Origin: an uncultured bacterium
Lineage (GTDB): Bacteria > Oederibacteriota > JAAXVQ01 > JAUVAV01
Reading direction: 5' to 3'
Assembly (NCBI GenBank): GCA_963710755.1
Contig: CAVQBK010000003.1
Location: forward strand, 800,001 to 864,000
Length of the DNA: 64,000 nt
The translations under genes and the position numbers were made by a program. Positions within the stretch are counted from its first letter, which is position 1. Each line of letters opens with the position of its first letter. The notes under the pieces are model-generated. The model was given only the letters and a program-made list of their open reading frames with translations. It had not been told where the DNA came from and did no database searches. Below, piece after piece: positions 31,486 through 40,534 of this stretch.

Positions 31486-31514
31486 TTGACAGGGGTCGCG
31501 AGAAGTGCTATTCA
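31486..31514 (+). promoter_or_regulatory. Putative sigma70 promoter of aroC
   Basis: TTGACA-N17-TATTCA with a TG extension. Confidence 0.45.
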
Positions 31515-31651
31515 TGTTGGGGCAAGGGCTTGTCCCTTCCTACCTGGGTTGGCTATTCAAAGCGTTACAGCAACGAAGGGCCATCTGTACTAAACCTTGT
31601 TCCATTCTACTTCAACACAAATACCATCTTAATGAAAGAGGAATAATATCC

Positions 31652-32815
31652 ATGTTCAGACTGCTTACGGCTGGGGAATCCCATGGGCCGGCGTTATCGG
31701 TGATCATTGAAGGCCTGCCGGCAGGTCTGGCGTTTACAACAGACCGCATCAACCGGGAACTGGCGCGCCGTCAGGTGGGTTATGGCCGCGGCGGCCGGAT
31801 GAAGATCGAGACCGACCAGGTGGAGATCATGGCCGGCGTTCGTCACGGCGAGACCCTGGGATCGCCGGTGAGCCTCTTGATCCACAACCGTGACTGGAAA
31901 AATTGGACCGAGGTTATGGCAGTGGAAACCAAACCAGCTCCGGGCAAAGTGAGGCCTATCGTCAGACCCCGACCGGGGCATGCGGATTTGGTGGGCGTAC
32001 TCAAATATGACCGGCGGGATATTCGCGATATTCTGGAGCGGGCTTCAGCCCGGGAAACCGCTGCCCGCGTGGCGGCCGGGGCCTGCGCAAAAATCATGCT
32101 GGAAGCTTTTGACGTGACTGTGGGCTCGTGGGTCGAGTCCATTGGTACTGTTAGCATGCGTTATGACCAGCGCACACCCCGGCAATTGGCTCAAGCAGCG
32201 GAAAAGTCCGATGTCCGTTGTCCTGACCCCCGGGCTGCTAAAAAAATGCACCAGGCCATTGATCAGGTAATTGCAGCCGGAGACACATTGGGTGGCGTCT
32301 TTGTCGTAACGGCTTTGGGGCTGCCGCCGGGATTGGGCAGCCATGTACACTGGGATCGCAAACTGGACATGCGCTTGGCCAGTGCGGTCATGAGCATTCA
32401 GGCCATTAAAGGCGTAGCTATTGGCCTGGGCTTTGAGGCTGCGTCGCTGACAGGCGCGCAAGTGCATGATGTCATCACCTACCGGGCAGGCAAAGGTTAT
32501 GGACGTAAAACCAATCATGCCGGCGGGTTGGAAGGGGGCATGACGACTGGCGAACCTTTGCTGGTCAAGGGGGCGATGAAACCCATTGCCACTCTTAAAC
32601 AGCCGCTGCGCAGTGTGGATATGACCACTAAAAAATCTCTGGAAGCCGGCTACGAGCGTTCCGATCATTGTGCGGTGCCGGCCGCAGGGGTGGTGGGCGA
32701 GGCCATGGTGGCCATGGAATTGGCCAAAGCGTGGCAGGAAAAATTCGGCGGCGATGCCCTTAAGGAAATGACCGCCAATTGGAAAGCTTATCTCAAACAG
32801 GTGACCAAACGATGA
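31652..32815 (+). CDS. aroC: Chorismate synthase
   Basis: TAGESHG, RPGHAD, ERASARETA and MKPIATL motifs. Start at ATG 31652 (GAGG SD). Confidence 0.97.
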   Translation: MFRLLTAGESHGPALSVIIEGLPAGLAFTTDRINRELARRQVGYGRGGRMKIETDQVEIMAGVRHGETLGSPVSLLIHNRDWKNWTEVMAVETKPAPGKVRPIVRPRPGHADLVGVLKYDRRDIRDILERASARETAARVAAGACAKIMLEAFDVTVGSWVESIGTVSMRYDQRTPRQLAQAAEKSDVRCPDPRAAKKMHQAIDQVIAAGDTLGGVFVVTALGLPPGLGSHVHWDRKLDMRLASAVMSIQAIKGVAIGLGFEAASLTGAQVHDVITYRAGKGYGRKTNHAGGLEGGMTTGEPLLVKGAMKPIATLKQPLRSVDMTTKKSLEAGYERSDHCAVPAAGVVGEAMVAMELAKAWQEKFGGDALKEMTANWKAYLKQVTKR

Positions 32816-33342
32816 GAGCGATATTACTGGTGGGGTTTATGGGCACTGGCAAATCAGTGGTGAGCCAAGCTTTGGCCAAGTTGTTCAAGACTCAAGCCCA
32901 AGATACGGACGACCTGATTGCGGATCAGGCGGGCAAAACCATTTCCGATATTTTTGAACAGGACGGAGAAGAACGTTTCCGGCAATGGGAGACAGAAGTG
33001 CTTACGCAACTGACTCAAACCGGAACAGCGGGCATGGTCATTGCCACCGGCGGGGGCATTGTGTTGAAGGATGAAAATTGGACTTTGATGAAAAAAATTG
33101 GCTGGGTGATAGGACTGACGGCAGCGCCGGAAGTGATTTTGGAACGGGTAGGCACCGGCCGGGGCCGGCCGCTCTTAACGGGCAGCAAGGAAGACGTGCG
33201 TCAGCGTATTGATCATTTACTGCAAGCGCGTGCACAGGCTTATGCCAAAGCCGATTGGACCTGTGCTACGGACCAACTGTCACCGGAGGCAGTGGCTGCG
33301 GCCATTAAACAATGGTGCGCGCACCAGACCTCGAAGGCTTGA
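32812..33342 (+). CDS. aroK: Shikimate kinase
   Basis: GFMGTGKS, GEERFR, ATGGG and RPLL motifs; ATGA overlap with aroC. Confidence 0.94.
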   Translation: MRAILLVGFMGTGKSVVSQALAKLFKTQAQDTDDLIADQAGKTISDIFEQDGEERFRQWETEVLTQLTQTGTAGMVIATGGGIVLKDENWTLMKKIGWVIGLTAAPEVILERVGTGRGRPLLTGSKEDVRQRIDHLLQARAQAYAKADWTCATDQLSPEAVAAAIKQWCAHQTSKA

Positions 33343-33426
33343 GTCCGGGCTGAACATAAAGAACAGGCCACAACTCCCCGTCTATGAGTCGGGGCAATTT
33401 AATATTCAGGAATGGATGTGAATGCG

Positions 33427-34326
33427 ATGATTAAAACCTTTCAAGAATTAGTGGAAAGAGCCAAGGGCTGTCACCGGACTATCTCCGTGGCGGTGCCGGA
33501 AACCAAGGAGATTATGCTGGCGCTTAACAAAGCTTACTACGAAGGCGTGGCGGAAATTGTCATGGCCGGCGACAAAGAAAAAATAGATGCCCTGCGCCTG
33601 GAACTTAACCTCGATTTTCCCATCAAGACGCTGGTTGATGCCAAGGATGAAAAAACAGCGGCCTATGAAGCGGTACGCTTGATTTCCGAGGGACAGGCAC
33701 AATTGTTGATGAAAGGCAATCTTAAAACCAGTACCATCTTGTCCGCGCTCCTGAATAAAGATTTTGGTTTGCGCACGGACCGGCTTATTTCACATGTGTT
33801 CATTCTGGAGAGCAAGGTATGCGGCCGCCTGTTGTACATCAGCGATTCAGCTGTGAACATCGCTCCTGATTTAAATCAAAAAGCCCAAATCCTGCAAAAT
33901 GCCATTGATTTTCTCCATGCTCTGGATTATGAGCAGCCCAAAGCCGCAGCACTGGCAGCCGTGGAATACGTTAATGACAAGATGCCGGCCACCGTGGAAG
34001 CGGAACGCTTGCAAATCATGGCCCAAAAAGGGGAGATTACCGGTGCCCTGGTGAGCGGACCTCTGGCCCTGGATGATGCCTTGTCCCCCTGGGTATGCCG
34101 GGAAAAGGGTGTGGAGGGACCGGTGCAGGGAGATGCCGATATTCTGTTGGTTCCTGATATTGAAGCAGGCAACATGCTTTCCAAATCCCAAACGTTTTTG
34201 GCCAATGAACCGCTGGCCGGTGTGGCTATTGGCGCCAAGGTGCCCATGGTTTTAAATTCCCGCGCCGACACCGTGGACAACCGGTTTTATGCCATTGCCG
34301 TGGCCTGTCTGGCTTCCAAAAAGTAA
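33427..34326 (+). CDS. ptb: Phosphate butyryl/acetyltransferase family protein
   Basis: LMKG, GPLALDDA, PDIEAGNMLSK and SRAD motifs. Confidence 0.85.
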   Translation: MIKTFQELVERAKGCHRTISVAVPETKEIMLALNKAYYEGVAEIVMAGDKEKIDALRLELNLDFPIKTLVDAKDEKTAAYEAVRLISEGQAQLLMKGNLKTSTILSALLNKDFGLRTDRLISHVFILESKVCGRLLYISDSAVNIAPDLNQKAQILQNAIDFLHALDYEQPKAAALAAVEYVNDKMPATVEAERLQIMAQKGEITGALVSGPLALDDALSPWVCREKGVEGPVQGDADILLVPDIEAGNMLSKSQTFLANEPLAGVAIGAKVPMVLNSRADTVDNRFYAIAVACLASKK

Positions 34327-34501
34327 AGCTATAAACGAGAACCTTGGGCATTAAATTGCAAAAGTAAACGTCACAAGTAGAGCGTCGAACGGCGTCAAGC
34401 TGTTATTTCTAGGTTTTGCTACTTGTGCCGTTGTTGGCGGGATCAATGCTCAAATGTTCGGGAGCGTACGCTACTAACTGCTCGAGCTCCAGGGAGGGGC
34501 C

Positions 34502-35623
34502 ATGAGGCTGGGGCAAGTTAAATACTGGGTCGTTAACCTATGGCTGTTGCTACTGTTTTTTGCCATGCCTTTGCTGGGCACGGTCATGCACGGCCACAGC
34601 CTTGGTGCTTACCTCGTTTTTCCCTTTAAGGCGCGACGCATCGATCACCATGGCTTCTCCTGGATGGTTTTTATCCTGCTGGCGGCTGTGGTCCTGGTGC
34701 CGGTGGTCCTGGTACAAAGCCGCATCTGGCGAACGCCCAAAAAGCATGTTAGTCACCTGTCACCGGTCTATCCCTGGCCTTGGTGGGGTACAGTGGGTAT
34801 ATTGATGTTGGGGCTAAGCTGGTTCTTAGCCTGGACACGGCAGCTTTGGTTTGAATGGGGCCAGTTATTTACCTTTTTCCCCCTCTGGTTTTCCTTTATT
34901 CTTGTGCTCAATGCGCTCACTTATCGGCGCAGTGGGCGATGTCTGTTGATGACCCAGCCTAAGCGGCTGCTTGGGCTCTTTGGTGCCAGTGCGCTGTTTT
35001 GGTGGGGATTTGAATACTTAAATCAATTCGTGGACAACTGGCATTACCTGGGATTGATTCATCTGCCGGATTTGGTCTATGGTCTGAATGCCACCTTGTG
35101 CTTTTCCACAGTATTGCCGGCAGTCGCCAGTACCCGCAACTGGCTGGCCACCTTTCCTCATTTGGGTCGTGGTCTGAATAATGCCTGGAAGGTTACACTG
35201 CATCATCCCCGGCTGTGGGCCTGTTTAGGCCTGGGGTGGAGTTATTTAGGCATGGTGGGATTGGCCCTATGGCCTGACTATCTTTTTCCTTTGTTATGGC
35301 TGGCACCAGCCGGGGCGATGATGAGTTTGCAGGTTTTGCGGCGCCGTTCCAGCTGGTGGACCGATGTGAAAAAAGGGCATTGGCGCGAACTTTACTTATG
35401 GGCTGTGGCCGCTTTGGGATGCGGCTTTCTTTGGGAACTCTGGAATAGTTTGAGTCTGGCTAAATGGGTTTATACGGTGCCTTGGGTGGATCGCTATCAT
35501 CTTTTTGAAATGCCTTTGTTGGGTTATGCGGGGTATTTATTTTTCGGTCTTGAATGTGCCTTGGTGATCTATGCTTTATGGCCACCGTCAGCAGGCAAGA
35601 TTGGCCAGGACAGCAGCAACTAA
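34502..35623 (+). CDS. Trp-rich polytopic membrane protein of unknown function
   Basis: About 9-10 hydrophobic segments; duplicated E-x2-N-x4-5-W-x-Y motif; C-terminal FEMPLLGY; GGAGG SD. Confidence 0.75.
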   Translation: MRLGQVKYWVVNLWLLLLFFAMPLLGTVMHGHSLGAYLVFPFKARRIDHHGFSWMVFILLAAVVLVPVVLVQSRIWRTPKKHVSHLSPVYPWPWWGTVGILMLGLSWFLAWTRQLWFEWGQLFTFFPLWFSFILVLNALTYRRSGRCLLMTQPKRLLGLFGASALFWWGFEYLNQFVDNWHYLGLIHLPDLVYGLNATLCFSTVLPAVASTRNWLATFPHLGRGLNNAWKVTLHHPRLWACLGLGWSYLGMVGLALWPDYLFPLLWLAPAGAMMSLQVLRRRSSWWTDVKKGHWRELYLWAVAALGCGFLWELWNSLSLAKWVYTVPWVDRYHLFEMPLLGYAGYLFFGLECALVIYALWPPSAGKIGQDSSN

Positions 35624-35666
35624 AGGGAATGCTTGTGACGCAGCCAACTGCCCTAGGAGGTGGACC

Positions 35667-36227
35667 ATGTTTAAACCGCCCATCGTTGGAGTGATCCTTA
35701 TGCTGGCCCTATGGTTGACCGCGGTGGTCACTCAAGCCAAACTTAAAACTACCCATTCGGACCATTTGGTCAAGGAGGTCAGCACCATGCATCTTACCAG
35801 CAAAGCTTTTCAAGAAGGAGCATTTATTCCCCTGCGTTATACCTGTGATGGTCAGGACATCTCACCGCCTCTGCAATGGAGTCAAGTGCCTACGGAGGCG
35901 AAAAGCCTGGTCCTGATCTGTGATGATCCTGATGCCCCCATGGGCACCTGGGTCCACTGGATTGTGGTGGACCTGCCACCTGACAGCAAGGGATTGGCCG
36001 AAGGGGAGCCTGTGCCCAAACCGGCCCGGGAACTTAAAAACAGTTCCGGCCGCATAACCTATGGCGGCCCTTGTCCGCCTCACGGCATACACCGGTACTT
36101 TTTTAAACTTTACGCTCTGGATGTGCCGACGCTGGAAAAAGTCACACCGCAAACATTGCCGGCTCTGCTTCAGGAGCATACACTGGCGGAAGTGCACTTG
36201 ATGGGCCGCTATCAACGGCAACAGTAA
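35667..36227 (+). CDS. YbhB/YbcL (PEBP/RKIP-like) protein with two possible in-frame starts
   Basis: DDPDAP..WVHW, YGGPCPP and HRYFFKLYAL motifs. AGGAGGT SD precedes both ATG 35667 and ATG 35787. Confidence 0.92.
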   Translation: MFKPPIVGVILMLALWLTAVVTQAKLKTTHSDHLVKEVSTMHLTSKAFQEGAFIPLRYTCDGQDISPPLQWSQVPTEAKSLVLICDDPDAPMGTWVHWIVVDLPPDSKGLAEGEPVPKPARELKNSSGRITYGGPCPPHGIHRYFFKLYALDVPTLEKVTPQTLPALLQEHTLAEVHLMGRYQRQQ

Positions 36228-36270
36228 ACCCGGCGGAAAACAGGTGGATTTCTTGCAGGATGGAGTAATC

Positions 36271-37479
36271 ATGACTACAGCAGTTGTGAATGATCAAGCC
36301 GCCCGGCAGCTGGGCAGAGGCCAGGTTTGGATTTATCAAAATCAGGTGCTTCAATGGCAAGGCCAGCCGGCACCGGGCGAACTGGTCAAAATAACCAATG
36401 CCCAAGCGCAATGTCTGGGTTATGGCTATGCCAATTTAACCTCCGTTATTGTCCTGCGCAGGCTTTATTCCTCTGCCTGCGGTCAACGCTATCACGACCA
36501 CATTGATGAAGCGCTGGAGTTAGGACGTAAATTGGATCGGGCGCGTTCGTGGCGGCAAAAATACTCCTGGGACAGCGATGCCCTCCGTCTGGTCTGGTCG
36601 GAAGCCGACGGCCTGCCGGGGTTGATCATCGATCAATACGGCCAAGTGGTGGTCATGCAATGCCTGACCGCCGGCATGGAGCTTCGAAAACCGTGGCTGT
36701 TGGAGTGGGTGAAGAAAAAACTACAGCCCCAAGGAGTATATGAACGCAGTGATATGCCGGTGCGCGGTCAGGAAGACCTGGACCTAAAGCAGGGCTGGTT
36801 ATGGCGGCAAGACGAAAAGCAGTCCCTTTCTGAAGAGGTGATCATTCATGAAGGTCCGGCTCAATACTCGGTTAATGTGGCCCTGGGGCACAAAACCGGC
36901 TTTTATCTGGATCAGCGCGCTTCCCGTCGTCATCTGCGCCAACAATCCGGTCTGGGAGAAGTTCTGGACTGTTTTGCCAACACCGGCGGTTTTACCATGG
37001 CGGCCTTGGCCGGCGATGCCCGTCAGGTCACGGCTGTGGAACAATCGCAGGAAGCACTCCGGCAGCTGGAACGCAATACCATACTCAATCATGGTCATGG
37101 TCGGGTGAACATTCTGGCCGAGGATGTTTTTCGGATATTGCCGGAGCTTTTAGCCCAGGGCCGGGCCTATGATACCGTCATTCTTGATCCACCGCCTTTT
37201 GCCAAAAATCAGCGCGCCGTGGCTGGTGCCCAAAAAGGCTATTTGGAACTGCATCGCATGGCGCTGCGGCTGCTCAAGCCCAAAGGGTTTTTAATGACCT
37301 GCAACTGTTCTCACCATATTTCTGGGCAGCAGTTCAAAGCTTTGGTGGTGGCCGCAGCCAGGCGACTGCGCCGGGCTGTGCACATAACGGCTCAATTTGG
37401 ACCGGATCAAGATCACCCCGTGAAGAGTCAACTGCCACAATCAGCTTATTTAACCACCCTTTGCGCTCGCGTGGATTAA
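36271..37479 (+). CDS. rlmI: RlmI-like class I SAM-dependent rRNA methyltransferase (PUA domain)
   Basis: SEADGLPGLIID, GHKTGFYLDQR and LDPPPF motifs. Confidence 0.85.
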   Translation: MTTAVVNDQAARQLGRGQVWIYQNQVLQWQGQPAPGELVKITNAQAQCLGYGYANLTSVIVLRRLYSSACGQRYHDHIDEALELGRKLDRARSWRQKYSWDSDALRLVWSEADGLPGLIIDQYGQVVVMQCLTAGMELRKPWLLEWVKKKLQPQGVYERSDMPVRGQEDLDLKQGWLWRQDEKQSLSEEVIIHEGPAQYSVNVALGHKTGFYLDQRASRRHLRQQSGLGEVLDCFANTGGFTMAALAGDARQVTAVEQSQEALRQLERNTILNHGHGRVNILAEDVFRILPELLAQGRAYDTVILDPPPFAKNQRAVAGAQKGYLELHRMALRLLKPKGFLMTCNCSHHISGQQFKALVVAAARRLRRAVHITAQFGPDQDHPVKSQLPQSAYLTTLCARVD

Positions 37480-37601
37480 AAAAAATATTAGGTAATGGAC
37501 CGAGGGCACCGATAATCACCCTGTGGAATAATAGGGCTGATTCTGGCCAACATTGATGGTCGCCCAAAAAAATGGGCCAAAAGGAGCAATTAAAAAGGGT
37601 A

Positions 37602-37630
37602 TTGCAGTGCCCTGCTTTTCCTGTTACCAT
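37602..37630 (+). promoter_or_regulatory. Putative sigma70 promoter of cheA
   Basis: TTGCAG-N17-TACCAT with a TG extended -10. Confidence 0.45.
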
Positions 37631-37684
37631 CAATGACTAAATTGTGCATTGCCAATACCATGACCACGACCCACTAGGTGCCTT

Positions 37685-39721
37685 ATGGATACATTAGAAT
37701 ATAAAGATTTGTTTATCAGCGAGTCTTTGGAACACTTGGATCAGCTTAACCAAGCCCTGCTGGCACTGGAAAAAGACCCTCAAAATCCCAATGCCCTCAA
37801 TGAAATCTTTAGAACTTCCCATACCCTCAAAGGCATGGCCGCCACCATGGGCTTTGATCAAATTACCGAATTAACCCATCAAATGGAAAATATTCTGGAC
37901 AAAATGCGTAGCAATGAACAGGAAGTCACCACAGACGTCATTGATATCCTGTTTGAATGCCTCGATGCCTTGGGGTTACTGATTGAAGAAATCTCCAGCG
38001 CTGATCCCAAACATTTGGATTTGAGTTTGCTGCTGGGGAAATTAAATGATCTGGAGCATCAAAAACACGATGCCAGCAAACCGGTCGTAAAAAAGATAAC
38101 AGCCGGCCAAGAGGAAACGTCTCAAGGCCAAGTGGTGGAGCAGGAAGTCACCAAGGATCATCTGGAAGATTTATTGACCCACGCCGCCCAGGAAAATTAT
38201 GTCACTTATGGCATTACCGTGCAGGTGGAAGAGAGCTGTACCTTCAAGGGGGTGCGTGCCTTCATGGTGTATAAAGCTCTTTCCGAACAAGGTGAAATCA
38301 TTGCCAGTATTCCGGCACCGGAAATATTGCAGGAAGGCGAGTTCGGTCTGGAATTCATCCTGGTATTGCTCTCCAAGCGGGCCAAAACCTTCATTGAACG
38401 GGCCATCAAAAACGTGGCTGAAATCGCCTCCTTTGCCGTAGAAGTACTTTCTGAAGAAAATTTGGAAGGCTTCCTCGAAGAAAAACAGGCCGACGGCCGC
38501 ATGCTGGTAAGCAACGCGATAGCCAAGGAGGATGTGCAGCCCAAACAACAGGCCCAGCAGAAAAATGTTAACCGTATTTTGCAGAGCATTCGGGTCAGCA
38601 TCGAACGGCTGGACAATCTGCAAAATCTGGTGGGCGAATTGATCATCAACAAAATCCGCTTAATGCAATTATCCAAGCAATTTGATTTGGGCGAGCTTAA
38701 AGAAGCCCTGGCCCAGTTTGACCGCATTACCAACGAATTACAGGATGAAGTGACGGAAGTGCGCATGGTGCCCATGGAGCATATTTTCAACCGTTTTCCA
38801 CGCATGGTGCGCGATCTGGCCAAGGAGAATGGCAAGGAAATCGAGTTGGTCATGGAAGGCAAGGACATTGAGCTGGATCGCACGGTGCTCGACGAAATTC
38901 ACGATCCCCTGGTACACCTGCTGCGCAATTCCATTGACCATGGCATTGAGCCGCCTGATGAACGGCTGGCTATGCATAAGGCGCGGGTGGGTCAGATCCG
39001 GTTGGTGGCGACCAGGGAAAAAAATCATGTCATCATCAAAGTTTATGATAACGGCCGGGGTATTGATTCGGCCAGGATCAAGCAATTGGCGTTGGAACGG
39101 GGATTGATCAGTCGCGATGAAGCGGAACGGATGAACGACCAGGAGGCCATCAACCTGGTGGCATTGCCCGGCTTTACCACGGCCACTAAAGTTACTGAGA
39201 TCAGCGGCCGCGGGGTGGGGGTAGACGCGGTGCGTACCAAGATCGAATCTTTTGGCGGTAATTTGAGCATAGAAAGCGAGGTCGGCAAGGGCAGCACCTT
39301 TATTTTAAGGATGCCCATGACGCTGGCGATCATCCAGGCACTGCTTTTTAGAACCAAAGAAGAAATTTACGCCATTCCGGTTATTAATACGGTGGAAACC
39401 ATTGAATACAATGACGAAGACATTAAATTGGTGCAGCAAGGAGAAGTGGTACTTTACCGCAACAGCGTGCTGCCCCTGGTCAGGTTACATCAGCTTCTGG
39501 AAGTCCCCGGACCGGAGCATCAGGGCGAAGGCCGGGCGATTTTGATCACGGAAGTAGGCGACATGCGTGTTGGCCTGCTGGTGGATGAAGTGCTGGGGCA
39601 GCAGGAAATTGCCATCAAATCCCTGGGACAAATGCTCAAAGGCATCCGCGGCCTGTCAGGGGTCACAATTTTAGGCGACGGACGTATTGCTTTGGTGCTG
39701 GATGTACCGAGTTTGATTTAA
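37685..39721 (+). CDS. cheA: Chemotaxis histidine kinase CheA (Hpt, P2, dimerisation, HATPase and CheW-like domains)
   Basis: FRTSHTLKG, HLLRNSIDHG, DNGRG, SGRGVG and TILGDG motifs. Confidence 0.97.
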   Translation: MDTLEYKDLFISESLEHLDQLNQALLALEKDPQNPNALNEIFRTSHTLKGMAATMGFDQITELTHQMENILDKMRSNEQEVTTDVIDILFECLDALGLLIEEISSADPKHLDLSLLLGKLNDLEHQKHDASKPVVKKITAGQEETSQGQVVEQEVTKDHLEDLLTHAAQENYVTYGITVQVEESCTFKGVRAFMVYKALSEQGEIIASIPAPEILQEGEFGLEFILVLLSKRAKTFIERAIKNVAEIASFAVEVLSEENLEGFLEEKQADGRMLVSNAIAKEDVQPKQQAQQKNVNRILQSIRVSIERLDNLQNLVGELIINKIRLMQLSKQFDLGELKEALAQFDRITNELQDEVTEVRMVPMEHIFNRFPRMVRDLAKENGKEIELVMEGKDIELDRTVLDEIHDPLVHLLRNSIDHGIEPPDERLAMHKARVGQIRLVATREKNHVIIKVYDNGRGIDSARIKQLALERGLISRDEAERMNDQEAINLVALPGFTTATKVTEISGRGVGVDAVRTKIESFGGNLSIESEVGKGSTFILRMPMTLAIIQALLFRTKEEIYAIPVINTVETIEYNDEDIKLVQQGEVVLYRNSVLPLVRLHQLLEVPGPEHQGEGRAILITEVGDMRVGLLVDEVLGQQEIAIKSLGQMLKGIRGLSGVTILGDGRIALVLDVPSLI

Positions 39722-39772
39722 ATGGGGAAAGCAAGGGAAACTATATTTTTAATTTCTAGAACAAAGGATTAA

Positions 39773-39850
39773 CTCACGCAAAGGCGCAAGGTAAAGACCT
39801 TAAATATAAATATTTATTAATTTCTTTGTGTCTTGGCACCTTAGTATGAG
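39773..39850. repeat. Degenerate CGCAAAGGCGCAA-type inverted repeat
   Basis: CTCACGCAAAGGCGCAAG ... CTTGGCACCTTAGTATGAG, an imperfect inverted pair around an AT-rich spacer. Confidence 0.5.
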
Positions 39851-39886
39851 ACAGCTTTTTTATTCCGGCATTGCCGGTTTAGGAAT

Positions 39887-40534
39887 ATGGCCGATGAGTT
39901 ACGTCAGGAGGATGGAAAGTTGCCGGATATTCGGGCCTTAACCAAACTACAACTGGATGCCATTCGGGAAGTGGGCAATGTTGGTGCCGGTCATGCAGCC
40001 ACGGCATTGTCCCAAATGATCGGAAAGAAGATTCTGATAACGGTGCCCAAAGTTTTATGCATGCCCATCGAGAAGACCAGCGACTTGGTGGGCGGCCCCA
40101 AGAACCTGGTGGCTGGCGTAACCATGCAGGTTTTGGGTGACGTGTCGGCCAAGATCGTACTCATGCTGCCGCGAAAAAGCGCATTGCAACTGGCCGGGCT
40201 GCTAACGCAAAATGACCTGGAAGAACATCAGCCCTTGTCGGCAATGGAACATTCTGCTATAAAAGAAGCAGGCAATATTCTGGCCGGCGCTTACCTCAAC
40301 GCGCTTACCGAATTTTTAGGACTCATGCTGCTCCAGAGCGTGCCCCAACTGGTGTTTGACATTGCCGACGCCGTGGTCACGGAGATTGCCAAAGGTTATC
40401 CGCCCATGACAGAGATCATCTGCATTGGCACCCAGTTCAGTGAATCGGAGAGTATTATGCAGGGCTTCCTGTTATTGATTCCTGATCAAGCATCTTTGGA
40501 TGCAATCTTAAAGGCTACCCAAATAAATGCATGA
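39887..40534 (+). CDS. cheC: CheY-P phosphatase CheC
   Basis: Two E-x-x-N motifs (DAIREVGN, SAIKEAGN) and GFLLLIP. Confidence 0.92.
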   Translation: MADELRQEDGKLPDIRALTKLQLDAIREVGNVGAGHAATALSQMIGKKILITVPKVLCMPIEKTSDLVGGPKNLVAGVTMQVLGDVSAKIVLMLPRKSALQLAGLLTQNDLEEHQPLSAMEHSAIKEAGNILAGAYLNALTEFLGLMLLQSVPQLVFDIADAVVTEIAKGYPPMTEIICIGTQFSESESIMQGFLLLIPDQASLDAILKATQINA

